Shown one piece after another: positions 1 to 11,556 of a stretch of DNA of 64,000 bases. The DNA is from an uncultured Rivularia sp. Its GTDB lineage: Bacteria; Cyanobacteriota; Cyanobacteriia; Cyanobacteriales; Nostocaceae. The notes under the pieces were generated by a model, which was given only the letters and a program-made list of their open reading frames with translations, searched no databases and was not told the DNA's origin. The position numbers and the translations under genes are program-made. Location: contig OY762007.1 of assembly GCA_963665115.1 (NCBI GenBank), forward strand, positions 1,888,001-1,952,000, written 5' to 3'. The stretch's first letter is position 1. Each line of letters begins with the position of its first letter.

Positions 1-583
1 GAATTCGAGAACGAATTTTATTTACAGCTTTCCCAATTCCACCCGCAGCAACAATATGATTGTCTTTAATCATTACCGCATCATCCAAACCCATCCGATG
101 ATTAATAGCACCACCAACTTGAGTCGCATACTTTTCTAAAATTCTCAAACCAGGTGTTGTTTTACGAGTATCTACAAATAAAGTCGGTAAATCGGCGATT
201 TTTTCAACATATTTCCGAGTCAGCGTCGCAATCCCGCTCAAACGCATCGCTAAATTTAAGGCGACTCTTTCACCCGTTAATAAAGCATCAAGGGAACCTT
301 CCATCTGAGCTATAACTTTACCTTGCTCGCAAAACTCCCCTTCCTTCACCAACGCTGTAAAATCAACTTTTTCATTCAAAAGCTGAAATGCTCTCCCCGC
401 AATTGGTAATCCAGCAACTACACCATCAGCTTTGGCTATCCACCGCGCTTTACCTTCCGCTTCACCTTGACTTAGAAGAGATTGCGTAGTGCGATCGCCC
501 CTGCCGATATCTTCTCTTAACCAGTCTTTCAAATGATTATCTAAAACAATAAATGGAGGCAATACAGCAGTTATAGTTTTCAT
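1..583 (-). CDS. nadC: nicotinate-nucleotide pyrophosphorylase (partial; 3' end runs off window)
   Basis: Manual translation from ATG at 583: MKTITAVLPPFIVLDNHLKDWLREDIGRGDRTT...GERVALNL...DTRKTTPGLR...GGAINHRMGLDD, the QPRTase motifs. Confidence 0.93.
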   Translation of the reverse strand, partial: MKTITAVLPPFIVLDNHLKDWLREDIGRGDRTTQSLLSQGEAEGKARWIAKADGVVAGLPIAGRAFQLLNEKVDFTALVKEGEFCEQGKVIAQMEGSLDALLTGERVALNLAMRLSGIATLTRKYVEKIADLPTLFVDTRKTTPGLRILEKYATQVGGAINHRMGLDDAVMIKDNHIVAAGGIGKAVNKIRSRI

Positions 584-672
584 AATGGTTGCTCTAATAG
601 AAAATTTTGCGTTCCCAATTCTTAAGGTAGTACTCCACTCCTTTGAGCGATAAATCGCTTACTACAAACCTT

Positions 673-1758
673 CTAATTCCCAATCGGCGGTGCAAGTTCT
701 GCACGGGGAGTTCCGCCACCACCAATACTATTCGAACTATTATTATCGACAATATATAATGCCTGAAACAGTTTCATGAAATCATCGTAAAATTTGCCGC
801 TTCTAGTCTCGAAGTCATAGCTGTACTTTTTACGAAACTCGTCGGTAACTCCTTTTTCTACTGCAAAGTAATGTGCATCCCAGTCTGAATCTTCTACAAC
901 ATAAGCACCGTAATTTTGCAAGGCATCAAATATCTTTTTAGCTGCTGGTGTTTGTAATTTAAGACTTTTCTTTGTGGTTTCTGGCGGAATTGCTAGCAAT
1001 GAACCCTGTACTAAAGCATGATTTTGACCACCATACCTCTTTCCTGCATAATCATCGGCATGACTTGCTGGCCAGCGATAACCACGTATTTCATCGTCGT
1101 AAAACAGATATTTTTCCGCCCAAATTACAACTTTCAAAGCGTGAGGAATCGGTTTATCGTTTGTAAGTTCGCCTTTACGAATTGAACCACCAATTGAGGA
1201 TAACCCCGAACCAAAGTGCGCTCCTCCGATTCCTTCTCCATAGATATCTACGTTTTCATATCGCCAACCGTATAGCGAACCTTCTTTTTCGCAACGAGCT
1301 AAGGGTGAAAGCTGTACTAACGTTCTACCATCTGGCATTAAGAAGGCTGAAGCGTTGTTTGGTGTATAGTGTGGTTCTTTCGTCGCGTCTGGAACAATCA
1401 AATCGTCGGGAATCGGTACGGCAATATCCATATATTTTGTACCCGTACAGCGCCCTTCACCCCAAGCACCGGGAGCGTAAACCTGACGGTACGGGTATGT
1501 ATCTTTTAGCTGAAAAAAATATTCTTTGTCTGCGGCTGCTTGCTGGGATTTACCTATACTCGCTTTAACGTAACGCGCATTGGAGCCTATGGGCATATTC
1601 CAAATTGATGTAGACAAAAAGGGCTGCAAAAACTTGTCTCTTTCGGACGTTTTACCGAAAGTCGGACAGCCCCACGCTAAAGCCATAATTATGCCAATCA
1701 AGAAAACAACCAAAATACGCAGCCAGAACGGACTTGTTAGAAATGAAAGGTTTTTCAT
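673..1758 (-). CDS. secreted/membrane-anchored hypothetical protein
   Basis: Long ORF (track start 1860; ATG 1758 more plausible) with an N-terminal hydrophobic segment and a soluble domain starting QPFLSTSIWNMPIGSNA. Confidence 0.7.
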   Translation of the reverse strand: MKNLSFLTSPFWLRILVVFLIGIIMALAWGCPTFGKTSERDKFLQPFLSTSIWNMPIGSNARYVKASIGKSQQAAADKEYFFQLKDTYPYRQVYAPGAWGEGRCTGTKYMDIAVPIPDDLIVPDATKEPHYTPNNASAFLMPDGRTLVQLSPLARCEKEGSLYGWRYENVDIYGEGIGGAHFGSGLSSIGGSIRKGELTNDKPIPHALKVVIWAEKYLFYDDEIRGYRWPASHADDYAGKRYGGQNHALVQGSLLAIPPETTKKSLKLQTPAAKKIFDALQNYGAYVVEDSDWDAHYFAVEKGVTDEFRKKYSYDFETRSGKFYDDFMKLFQALYIVDNNSSNSIGGGGTPRAELAPPIGN

Positions 1759-2587
1759 CGAATAAAACAATCGCATCAATTTAGATTTTTTAGATAAATA
1801 GTTAAGAAATAATAAAGCATTTACTTGAATGATGGTCATTATGATAAATCCCCAATCCAAAGCTTTAGTTAGGGGTTGCTTTCTTCATTTCTTTTCAAAA
1901 AACCTTTAGAAAAATTATAGATTATATGTATTTATTTACTTTGCGCTGTTAGCTATGAAAAAGCATAATTCTAAATGAAGATGTTTTGGTTGAGCGTATA
2001 AATCAATCTGATTAATTTACAATACCTGAATATTGTAGCAACAGGCGCAAGGCTCTTAAACAGGCTCTCTAACGGTATAATCGCAAAACTCTCACTTCTA
2101 GCTCAAACCGTTGCAATCTCAATGCTAAAGACTCTTGTCTCAATCTAATTACCAGAAAAATGTTAACCGAAATGATTTCGTGGTATTTACTGAAGTTTAA
2201 TTAATTATTGTCGATTACAAAGTAAAATAAATGACTTGTCTTCAAATTAGGTTGTTTATCACCAAATTCCCTCTACTTAAAGCTTGAGATCGATTTAATT
2301 ATCGCGATCGCCTAACTCGAACAGCAGATAAATACAACCTTTTATACATATACGCTTGCGAGTATTCAATATTTTGATTGCTGAGCTAAGTATTTATACT
2401 TTTATGTAGTAATATAAAATAATAAAATATAAAAAGTAACTTTTAATAAACTTTGGCTAAAAAATGCAAAGTTGAACGGGAAAACATCATATGAAAGTTT
2501 GTTTAACTGATGGGTGCCCATAACGGCTTTTTTTTTTCATATTGAGTTTGATTCCAATTTTCATAGGTAAAGAGGTAAAAAAGGGAA

Positions 2588-4295
2588 GTGAATTCACAAA
2601 CCCTCACACAAAACAATCGTAAGTACGATGCACGTCAAATAGCGCGATTCTATCGCCTACGTCCTTGGTTAGGTTGGGGACGTGCAATTAAAATTGTCTG
2701 GAATTTTGCCTGGTTTATTCTGGGTCTAAAGTGGGATGAATGGCAGGGAGTAGCCGAACGCAATAAGCTGAGACGAGCCGTTCACCTACGAAAAATTCTA
2801 GTGCGTTTAGGCCCGGCGTTTATTAAAGTTGGTCAAGCTTTATCAACGCGGCCCCGATTTAATCCGCAAAGATTTTCTAGAAGAATTGATCAAATTACAA
2901 GATCAGTTGCCACCGTATGATAATGCTCTTGCTTTGAGAAAGATTCAAAGTGAGTTAGGTCATCCAATCAAAGAAATATTTAGCGAACTTTCTCCGGCTC
3001 CGGTTGCTGCGGCAAGTTTAGGTCAAGTTTATCGCGGTCGTTTGCACACGGGTGAAGAAGTTGCTGTGAAGGTACAGCGACCAAATTTACGTCCGATTCT
3101 TTCGCTTGACTTATATTTAATGCGCTGGGCTGCTGGCTGGTTGACTCCTTGGTTGCCTTTAAATTTGGGACACGACTTGACATTAATAGTTGATGAGTTT
3201 GGTACCAAATTATTTGAGGAGATTGACTATTTAAATGAAGGTCGTAACGCTGAAAGATTCGCTACTAACTTTCGTAACAGTCCGCACGTTAAGGTTCCGG
3301 AAATTTACTGGCGCTACACTACAACCCGCGTTTTAACTTTAGAATGGCTCAACGGATTTAAGCTGACCGATACCGAAAGTATCATTGCAGCAGGTGTAGA
3401 TCCACAATCCCTGATTGAAATTGCGGTAACTACAGGTTTACAGCAGTTGTTAGAACATGGTTTCTTTCATGCTGACCCCCATCCGGGTAATTTGTTTGCC
3501 ATGCCAGATGGTAGAATGGGCTACATCGACTTCGGTATGATGGATCAGCTTAATGAAACTACCAAGGAAACTCTTGTAGATGCGATTGTTCATCTGATCA
3601 ATAAGGATTATACCGACTTAGCAGGCGATTACGTAAAGTTGGGTTTTCTAACGACTGATACAGATATTCGTCCGATTGTACCGGCTTTGGAAGCGTTACT
3701 TGGAGATGCAATTAATCGCAATGTCGGCGATTTCAACTTCAAGACAATAACCGATGAGTTTTCTAAACTCATGTACGAATTTCCTTTCCGAGTCCCCGCT
3801 AAATTTGCTTTAATTATTCGTTCCTTGGTGACTCAAGAAGGTATTGCACTATCGCTAAATCCTAACTTCAAAATTGTAGAAGTCGCATATCCTTATGTAG
3901 CGCGGCGATTGCTAACGGGTGAATCTGCCCAACTGCGACGAAGATTAATCAACGTACTGTTCAAAGATGGTACATTCCAATGGGAACGATTGGAAAATAT
4001 GATTGCGATCGCGCGTACCGACAACGATTTTGATTTGTTACCCACAGCACGAATGGGTCTAGAGTATTTACTGAGCGATGAAGGTAAGTTTCTGCAACAG
4101 CAGTTGGTACTTGCACTCACTGAAGATGACCGTTTACACGCCCAAGAAGTGCAGCGCTTGTGGAATATGGTCAAAGACGATTTAAATCCATCTCGCTTAT
4201 TCGGTGCGGCTTTTGGAGTTTTGACTCAGTATTCCCGAGAAAGAGTTGCAGCAATATTACCTCCCTTGGGCACTTCTAGTTCTATGAATAAATGA
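2588..4295 (+). CDS. ABC1/UbiB (AarF) family atypical kinase; +1 frameshift at C-run 2852-2855
   Basis: Motifs LGPAFIKVGQALSTRP|DL, AAASLGQVY, VAVKVQRP, HADPHPGN, IDFGMM. The two ORFs join when one C is removed. Confidence 0.9.
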
Positions 4296-4472
4296 CTGTC
4301 GTTTACCGACAAATTGGTTTATAGAGACGTGATATATCGCGTCTCTAGATTATTTATAGAAACAGGGAAAATTTTTCTTTGTGCAATCGGGGTTAGGTTT
4401 ACGAAATTTCAAGTAAAATGCAATACTTATTAAACAACCTCTTAGAAGGCAGTATATAAATTAGGAGTTTTC

Positions 4473-4847
4473 ATGTATTATTATCCTTCAGATCCCCCGT
4501 ATTTAATTTTAGTTTTGGGATTTTTTATCGCCGTAACTTCCGGTGCTGCATTAAGCGGAACTTTAAAAGTAATTTCAAAAACATGGCGTAAAAAGGGTGC
4601 TGAAAATTCTGCTCCTCGTTTCTCCAATAAACAGTTGGTTGTACCATTTATCGGTATTACTATCGGTATTGGATTATTTCTTTGTTCGGGTTTAGCAATA
4701 TTTGGTTTTCCAAATTGGCTAGCTTTAGCAATTGGTTTACCAATTACTCTTTTAACCTGCATCTTAACTGGTTTTCAACTAGGAAGTATGATGACTTATG
4801 CTGAAAGCCGAGGATTTCAATCTTTGGATTTGGATTCTTTTAGCTAG
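4473..4847 (+). CDS. small membrane protein (about 3 TM)
   Basis: 124-aa ORF preceded by an AGGAG RBS, with hydrophobic helices. Confidence 0.8.
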   Translation: MYYYPSDPPYLILVLGFFIAVTSGAALSGTLKVISKTWRKKGAENSAPRFSNKQLVVPFIGITIGIGLFLCSGLAIFGFPNWLALAIGLPITLLTCILTGFQLGSMMTYAESRGFQSLDLDSFS

Positions 4848-4870
4848 AATTAATAAGTTTAGAATGAGCT

Positions 4871-4927
4871 ATTCGCCGTTTGTAAGTTGTGTTTTAAGAA
4901 GCAATTTGTGAGCGGCGAATTTTTTTG
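4871..4927 (+). terminator. rho-independent terminator
   Basis: Stem ATTCGCCG...CGGCGAAT followed by a T-run, 24 bp after the stop. Confidence 0.6.
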
Positions 4928-4959
4928 GGTTAAGACGGTGTTTCCAAAATAAATTTCAA

Positions 4960-5140
4960 GTAGGGTGTATTACGGCTTTTAGGGATTTGATAGGAAAAAG
5001 AACAGGTAAAAATTTGCCAACGCACCAAGGGTTATTGGTGTTGGACGGTTTAATATGATTAATTCGGGAAATGGTGCGTTACGGCATTTTAAAAATGGCA
5101 ATGTATAACTTAAAAATACCGAAGCCGCAACACACCCTAC
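4960..5140. repeat. cyanobacterial REP-like palindromic element
   Basis: Ends GTAGGGTG...CACCCTAC with internal inverted ACGCACCA/TGGTGCGT. Confidence 0.6.
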
Positions 5141-5170
5141 AAAAAAGAGTTAGATAAATTATCTAACCCC
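5141..5170 (-). terminator. terminator of glycosyltransferase operon
   Basis: Minus strand reads GGGGTTAGATAATTTATCTAACTC-TTTTTT, a hairpin plus U-tract. Confidence 0.55.
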
Positions 5171-5205
5171 AAGAAAACTTTAATTTTTTCTGATTTTTTA
5201 ACTAT

Positions 5206-6132
5206 TTACGACTTCAATGAACGCAAGAAACTTTTAGCTTCATTCATGGTTTTTTGCCAAGAAGTTGGCTTTGGCTTTTCTGGAAATACTGGTGGTGGTA
5301 ATTGTGGGTTCAAGTTGCGGTAATGTTCCCAAATCTCCCAATAAGGACAACCTGGCTCGATGCGAATACCTGCCCAATGCAAGTACTGTAAAGGTTGGTT
5401 GACTGTTGGATCGACTAATTTATTTCCTTCATGTAAGAAGTGAGATGTTCCTCCCCAGTTTCCTGGTGCTTTACCTTCTCTATTAACTATGTTGAAACGG
5501 TTGGGAATCCGCTTGAGTAACATATAGTTGATGATTGGTTGATCGGATGTTTTTTCGGAGAAATCAAAGTATTCGGGATGTTGGGCACATTCTGCAAAGG
5601 TTTCGTATAAATCCTGTTCGGATATCAGGTTTTTCTTGGAACCCCAAAAGCCACCGTTAAATATGTCTTTGACTTCGCTTTCGCTAAATACTTTTTCTTC
5701 TAAGACTGTGGAACTAAATACGTTTCTTATTCCACCTAAATGTTGATAATCACAGCAAATAAAGTCAGTATTTTGTAAGTAGTTGAGATTATCAATAATT
5801 CTTTCAAAGACGACAATATCTGTATCTATATACAAAAACTCATCGAAGGGACCAAACCAACAGGCTTGCTTGCGGAATTGATTGGGACGAGCAAAGAATT
5901 TACCACCGAATGTTTCGTATAATTTATTTGACAAACGATCGATAAATTCTAAATCTTGGTAAACTTCGACTCCATAATATTTGCCGAGAGTGTCAGCAAT
6001 TTTGTGATAATTATCATCATAGGGAATCATCACAATGGGAGTTTCTTTATCATGGAGACGAATGCTATTTAGTAAAGCAATAGCATGATCTGTCACCTTA
6101 TCATTCGCAATTATATAAATTCCTTTAGTCAT
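5206..6132 (-). CDS. Npun_R2821/R2822-type putative glycosyltransferase (GT-A-like)
   Basis: N-terminus GIYIIAND..IALLNSI, DxD motif YIDTDI, SDQPIINY, LHWAG. Confidence 0.8.
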   Translation of the reverse strand: MTKGIYIIANDKVTDHAIALLNSIRLHDKETPIVMIPYDDNYHKIADTLGKYYGVEVYQDLEFIDRLSNKLYETFGGKFFARPNQFRKQACWFGPFDEFLYIDTDIVVFERIIDNLNYLQNTDFICCDYQHLGGIRNVFSSTVLEEKVFSESEVKDIFNGGFWGSKKNLISEQDLYETFAECAQHPEYFDFSEKTSDQPIINYMLLKRIPNRFNIVNREGKAPGNWGGTSHFLHEGNKLVDPTVNQPLQYLHWAGIRIEPGCPYWEIWEHYRNLNPQLPPPVFPEKPKPTSWQKTMNEAKSFLRSLKS

Positions 6133-6135
6133 GAT

Positions 6136-7140
6136 TTATGCTCCAGCTTTTATTCCTAATCTTTTCAAAACTCGGGTGCTTAAACTTGGGGGTGCGTTGT
6201 AAGCTACGGGTTTGGTGGTAAATTTTGGTCGCTTATCTGGTTCGTGTAGGTAGCGGTAATGCAAAAAGGTTTCGCGGTAAGGAAAACCAATATTTTCTCC
6301 ATTACAAAGCCGTTTGAAGAATTTGGAAGATAAGCCGATATAGTGCAGATAAGTTAAGCATTTATCTCCGTCATATACCAGATTATCTCGTTCTTCAAGG
6401 TGAGGTGAAGTTACGCAACATCCAGTAAGTTCGCTTTTAGATAAATTCAAAGCAAAATTATATATATCAACTTCCGAACGCATTACCAGGTAGTTAAGAA
6501 TAGTATTTATGGGGGCATTTTGATATAATATTTCTGCTTCTCCCGATTGCAGCTTAGATAACATATTTTGACGAGTTTCTTCGTTAAATAAATCTTTTTT
6601 CCCACCGTACAAACCAGTACAGAATATTTCGGTATCCAGTCGAGATTGCGGGAAAATATCTAGCAGTTTTTGGGACTTTGTATTGAATACATGATCCAAA
6701 TCTTTATACTGGAAGTCATAGACAACAAAGTCATTGCGATCTAGTTGCTTGAATATGTAATCTAGCGAATTGAGTACCAGAATATCAGCATCCAAGTATA
6801 GAAACTTATCAAAAGGGCCATTAAAACCACCGAATCTTCGATGCATTCCCAAACGGTAAATTCCTGAAATACCCTGTTCTTGCCAAATTTTAAAAGCTTC
6901 GGGGTGTGCTTTCCATATTTCTGTAGAATAATCTTCCCAAAGCTTCATTGCAGAATAATCTTCAAATATTTCTACATTGCTTCTATTTTTGATATTCTCT
7001 CGTACTAATTCCAAATCTTCGTTATATGGGACAATCAAAATCGGATACTTATTACCAACATTGACTTCAATCGAATTGAGTAAAGCTACTACCTGATCGT
7101 AAACTCCATCATTGCCTAGTATGTAAATTCCTTCAGTCAT
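6136..7140 (-). CDS. Npun_R2821/R2822-type putative glycosyltransferase, paralogue
   Basis: GIYILGND..VALLNSI, YLDADI, YLHYIG; tandem with the previous gene. Confidence 0.8.
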   Translation of the reverse strand: MTEGIYILGNDGVYDQVVALLNSIEVNVGNKYPILIVPYNEDLELVRENIKNRSNVEIFEDYSAMKLWEDYSTEIWKAHPEAFKIWQEQGISGIYRLGMHRRFGGFNGPFDKFLYLDADILVLNSLDYIFKQLDRNDFVVYDFQYKDLDHVFNTKSQKLLDIFPQSRLDTEIFCTGLYGGKKDLFNEETRQNMLSKLQSGEAEILYQNAPINTILNYLVMRSEVDIYNFALNLSKSELTGCCVTSPHLEERDNLVYDGDKCLTYLHYIGLSSKFFKRLCNGENIGFPYRETFLHYRYLHEPDKRPKFTTKPVAYNAPPSLSTRVLKRLGIKAGA

Positions 7141-7294
7141 TTAAGCCTCCGTAAATTCTAAAAATATTAAGATATCCCGATCGATTGAAAAAAAAGGGAG
7201 CTTTGCCGAAACTCTAAACGATAGCGAAACATTTTTGAAATATTTCGACAAGCCAATCCTTTTTTATGCATAGTTGGTAATCTTAAAAAGCTTT

Positions 7295-8161
7295 TCAACT
7301 AGCTAATAATTCCATAACTTTTGAATAATACCAGATATTGCGATCGCGATTTTCCTGAAGACTATCTGGATAAGCACGACAATCTTTTAGATAATTTCTC
7401 CAATTATCTTGATTGCAGAGAAATTTATTTTCATAAGGTGATTCAAATAATGTTTTATTGAATATGGAAACTTTGAATTTAGCTTCAAACCATTTTTTAA
7501 CTGGATAGAGAACTGGTAAATGCTTCAGAGTATAAAATTTACTACTAAAAGGAAATGCGAGTACTTTTCTACCTAACAGTGTTCCCCAATAAGCACCATG
7601 ATATGAACTGGTGATTATAGTTTCTCCAGAACCGAGGAAATCAAAAATTTCATCAATACTTTGATGATTATTGGTCATAGTTGGAAATTCGGGAAAGTTG
7701 AGTTGAAACTTTTTGTGAGAAAAAACCACAAATTCATGTTTAATATCTCGCTTTCTATCAAAGCTAGGATGCATACAACTTACACATGGAACCCAATTAT
7801 CTAAATAATCACTATCGCGGATTCCAACTAAATCAAATCCTTGAATATATGCTTGATAATCAAACTTTTTAATCTCATCAAATTTATTGGTACCATAGAT
7901 TTGTTGTCCAATTCCCCATGAAATAAGCCTACTATGCTTTTTGCTCTTTACTAGCTTCTGAAATGAATCATGGAATCTAGTAAAGAGCAACCCTCCACCT
8001 CCAACAATTACATCTTTACCCTGAATATTTTCAGGAGTAATATGACGAATATCTAGGGGTTCAACTTGATAGCCGGGGAAATCAAAATAATGTGATGGTG
8101 CCGAATATAAATCACCAATGTTTGTAGGATCTATTACATGAGAGCTAATAATTTTTTTCAC
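7295..8161 (-). CDS. polysaccharide pyruvyltransferase-like protein
   Basis: NIGDL, IVGGGGLL, WGIG, GIRD, TSSYHG motifs. Confidence 0.75.
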   Translation of the reverse strand: MKKIISSHVIDPTNIGDLYSAPSHYFDFPGYQVEPLDIRHITPENIQGKDVIVGGGGLLFTRFHDSFQKLVKSKKHSRLISWGIGQQIYGTNKFDEIKKFDYQAYIQGFDLVGIRDSDYLDNWVPCVSCMHPSFDRKRDIKHEFVVFSHKKFQLNFPEFPTMTNNHQSIDEIFDFLGSGETIITSSYHGAYWGTLLGRKVLAFPFSSKFYTLKHLPVLYPVKKWFEAKFKVSIFNKTLFESPYENKFLCNQDNWRNYLKDCRAYPDSLQENRDRNIWYYSKVMELLAS

Positions 8162-8180
8162 GATAAAATACTAAATATAA

Positions 8181-9332
8181 TTATGCGATAACTTTATCTA
8201 CAGCCAAACTATCTTCAAAGTATGTATCAACAACACCCTGAATATCTGATATGAACTTTTCGGTTGAGAATAAATACTTTCGATCTTCAAGAGATGCTAT
8301 TAATTGCTTTTGCTGATTTTCATCCTTGAGGGTTGCAATTATCTTTTCAACTGCCTCATCCTCAGAATTAAACAATAATTCCTGATTGCGATCGCCAACT
8401 ATTTCTACCTGGCCACCTATACTACGTACAAATGGAATAGCACCTGCTTTAACCATTTCTGCAATTGATATTCCAAATGGTTCTTTTTTATAGTGAATAC
8501 CATATTTACATCTACTCAGAAGCGTTGCATATTCTTCATAAGGTCGATTTTCGTGTAAAGTAATCCAAGAAGAATTTTCTGCCACCAGTTTGTTGATCGT
8601 TCTCTTGTATTGCCATCCGTAGATACCACCACCACCACCAGTGATATGTAACTTAATGTCAAAGCCAGCTTCGCGAACTCGTTTGAGTATTTTTATGGCG
8701 CGATGTGGTTCTTTTGCCTTGACGATTCTACCACTGCAAATAAATGAGTCTTCTTTTTCCTCCCACGAAACATATTGGGTGGGAATAACAACCGGAGGAA
8801 AAAGTACTTTCGCATCAATATCGTAGGCTTTTTCAACCCGCTTGAAAATCGCTTCTGAATTAACTAAAGAGATATTTTGACGCAATGATTCTTCAGAAAA
8901 ATTGGATAGTTTATGATAAAACTTTATTTCTTCAAAAACTCCCGGCCAATGAATATATTGAATCCCTTTTCGTCCCATATCAATCGCATTATAGCCAGAC
9001 ATGGATAAATCATATAGATGACAATGTTTTTTAAATTCACGTAATAATAGATGTAAGAAAAAATGCCGACAATGTTGGCTATTCGCAATCAAGAAATAAC
9101 AAGTCTTAGTTAAATATTTAGGAACAAGCTGATGAATTCTGATATTTTCCGTTGATATATTAGTCCCATACATTGAGTTCAGTTTCTGAATATTAATGGA
9201 GCCAACAGTAAAAAGTGTAATGTCGTATTTATCCATTAAAGCCTGTATCATCCATAGTCCTACAGCTTCTGCTCCCCCACCAGTAAAATAGGGATAATAA
9301 AATGCGATTTTTTTTCTATTTAACATTTGCAT
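8181..9332 (-). CDS. glycosyltransferase family 4
   Basis: GGGAE N-terminus, GRIVKAK, EPFGISIAEMVKAG (E-x7-E). Confidence 0.88.
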   Translation of the reverse strand: MQMLNRKKIAFYYPYFTGGGAEAVGLWMIQALMDKYDITLFTVGSINIQKLNSMYGTNISTENIRIHQLVPKYLTKTCYFLIANSQHCRHFFLHLLLREFKKHCHLYDLSMSGYNAIDMGRKGIQYIHWPGVFEEIKFYHKLSNFSEESLRQNISLVNSEAIFKRVEKAYDIDAKVLFPPVVIPTQYVSWEEKEDSFICSGRIVKAKEPHRAIKILKRVREAGFDIKLHITGGGGGIYGWQYKRTINKLVAENSSWITLHENRPYEEYATLLSRCKYGIHYKKEPFGISIAEMVKAGAIPFVRSIGGQVEIVGDRNQELLFNSEDEAVEKIIATLKDENQQKQLIASLEDRKYLFSTEKFISDIQGVVDTYFEDSLAVDKVIA

Positions 9333-9367
9333 AATTTTTAGTTAATATATTGTTTAATTGCCAAATA

Positions 9368-11204
9368 CTAATCAGCAACGCAGTTTAGTTCATCGTCTTG
9401 GAGCGCGTTTGGTTTCTCTCCATGAAATTGCATTTCGTACAGTCGAGAATAATAAGCTCCTTTACTCAGAAGTTCTTCATGGGTACCGACTTCAACAACC
9501 CTTCCTTGTTCCATTACCGCGATTTGATCGGCTTTTTGAATTGTGGATAGGCGGTGGGCTATCACTAAGGTAGTGCGATCGCGACTTAAATCATCGATGG
9601 CTTGCTGTACCAATCTTTCTGAAACCGTATCTAATGCGCTAGTTGCTTCATCAAGAATTAAAATATCCGGATCTCGCAGCAATGCACGGGCAATTGAGAT
9701 GCGTTGTCGTTGTCCTCCCGATAACATTACTCCGCGATCGCCGACTATAGTGTCAAAACCTTGGGGTAACTTGACAATAAATTCATAAGCATTTGCACGC
9801 TGTGCTGCTTTTATGACTTCATCTTCACTAGCATCAGGGTCTTCCATAAGCAATGTTTGCAAGTGCAGTGTCATTAAATAAGAAAGTATCTTGACTAACA
9901 ATTCCCATTTTCATCCGCAATGACTTAAGGTCATAATCTTGCAGGTTTACTCCATCAATAATTATGCAACCAGAACTAGCGTCGTAAAATCTTGGAAGTA
10001 AATCTGCTAAAGTCGATTTACCTGCACCAGAACCACCAACTAATGCTAAAGTTGTTCCTTTGGGTAAAGTCAAATCCACACTTTGAATAACTTGCTTTTC
10101 ATATCCTGGATAAGCAAATGTCAAGTCTTTGAATTCAATTTTTTCCCTTAATGCAGTATATTCAACTTCACCATCTCCCATAAAAGGTTTATTTTTGCGA
10201 CTCAAAAAATCGATGACAAAATCTACAGCAGCTGAATTTTTTGCAAAAGTACTACGTAAGTTATTCAATTGCGATACAAGTGGTAACAATCGCATTAAAA
10301 CTAATAAATACGTTAATAATATTGCTGAGAGAGAGGCAATTCTATCTGCAAATATAGCTCTGGCGATAAAAACAATGATTATTAAAGAAACAATGCCAAC
10401 AAATTCACTAGTTGGAGCTATCATCTCAGAATATAGTTGGGATTTATATTCAGCATCTTCCTTTCTCAAAATCAGATGATTAATTTTCTCTTCAGTTATA
10501 TCCTCATTAGCATTTGCTTTAATAATCCGAATTCCGGAGATACTCTCAATAACTGTGTTTGTCAAATTTTTCGCTACATTTGAAATTTCTTGACCTAATT
10601 TTTTAGATCGAGAAATAGGGAATTGACTTACCAGAGTAACTAATGATAAGAGAATTGTGGAACAAATAGTTAGCTCCCAAGAGATAGATAATAATATACC
10701 CAAGAAAACCAATATTGTGATTGATAGAGTGATTAAGCGAACAAAATTACTTAATGAACTTGCTGTTCGAGGAATCTCACCGTTAAAGCGATTCATTAAA
10801 TCGCCCAATTTGCTCGTAGCAAAGTAATTAATATCTACCGCCATTAAAATATTAACTGCATCTTTCCGCATTTCTGAGGATAGCTTTCTGTTCAAAGAAC
10901 CAGCAGTCAAAGCGCTCGCATATGTAGCAGCATTTTTAAAAAGTAAGGCAAGTATAATTGCTGCTGACATCGCTACTACTCGATAATTTTCGTCAATATT
11001 ATCGAAAGGGTACATAATTGCTTTAATCAACGATGGAGCCTTGCTTAAATCTACTTCTTGACCAACTATCTTTAAAATAACTGGTACGATTAAAGTTGTA
11101 CTTACTCCATTAAATAAAGCACCAGAAAATCCTAAAATAATTGAGATAACAATTAAGAAAGGATACTTTGTTGCAAACTGAGATATAAGAATTTTTTGTG
11201 ACAT
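9368..11204 (-). CDS. HepA/MsbA-like ABC exporter (TMD + NBD); +1 frameshift near 9837-9839
   Basis: TM domain, Walker [10 protein letters not shown], signature [26 protein letters not shown]. ORFs join as YGRP|DASEDE. Confidence 0.9.
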
Positions 11205-11556
11205 TTCAATATATAAAATATATCAACTCATAAAATTAATTACTTTGACGCGCGAATGACGAAAGAAGAGCTCGCTAAATCAGCAATTCTAACCGCATTT
11301 TTCAGTATTCCCATAATTGTTCGATTCTAACAATTCCAGAACGGAGTGAATTGTCTCCCCATCGAGAAACTTTATCGATCGTGAGTAGGCGCTTTAGGAG
11401 TAGATAGCTACACCTGTCTAATAAATGGGGAATGGTGTGCATAATAAACGGAATGTTTATGTCTGTAGGTGCAACCATAATTGGTAGGGAACAATTAACA
11501 TTTTTCATAACAATTAATATAAAAATTAGGTAGCGAGATATTAGTAATCTGTCTTG

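Noticed and set aside
5149..5167. Match between the mini-element guide (TTTATCTAAC) and a terminator hairpin
   Set aside because: Only about 10 bp in AT-rich DNA, and not in the scaffold-proximal part of the guide; expected by chance.
9368..11204. Naming the exporter hepA
   Set aside because: Nostocales have several HepA-like paralogues; orthology cannot be established from motifs alone.
11220..11520. 68-aa ORF or possible ncRNA between the GT and ABC genes
   Set aside because: No recognisable motif, RBS or convincing structure.
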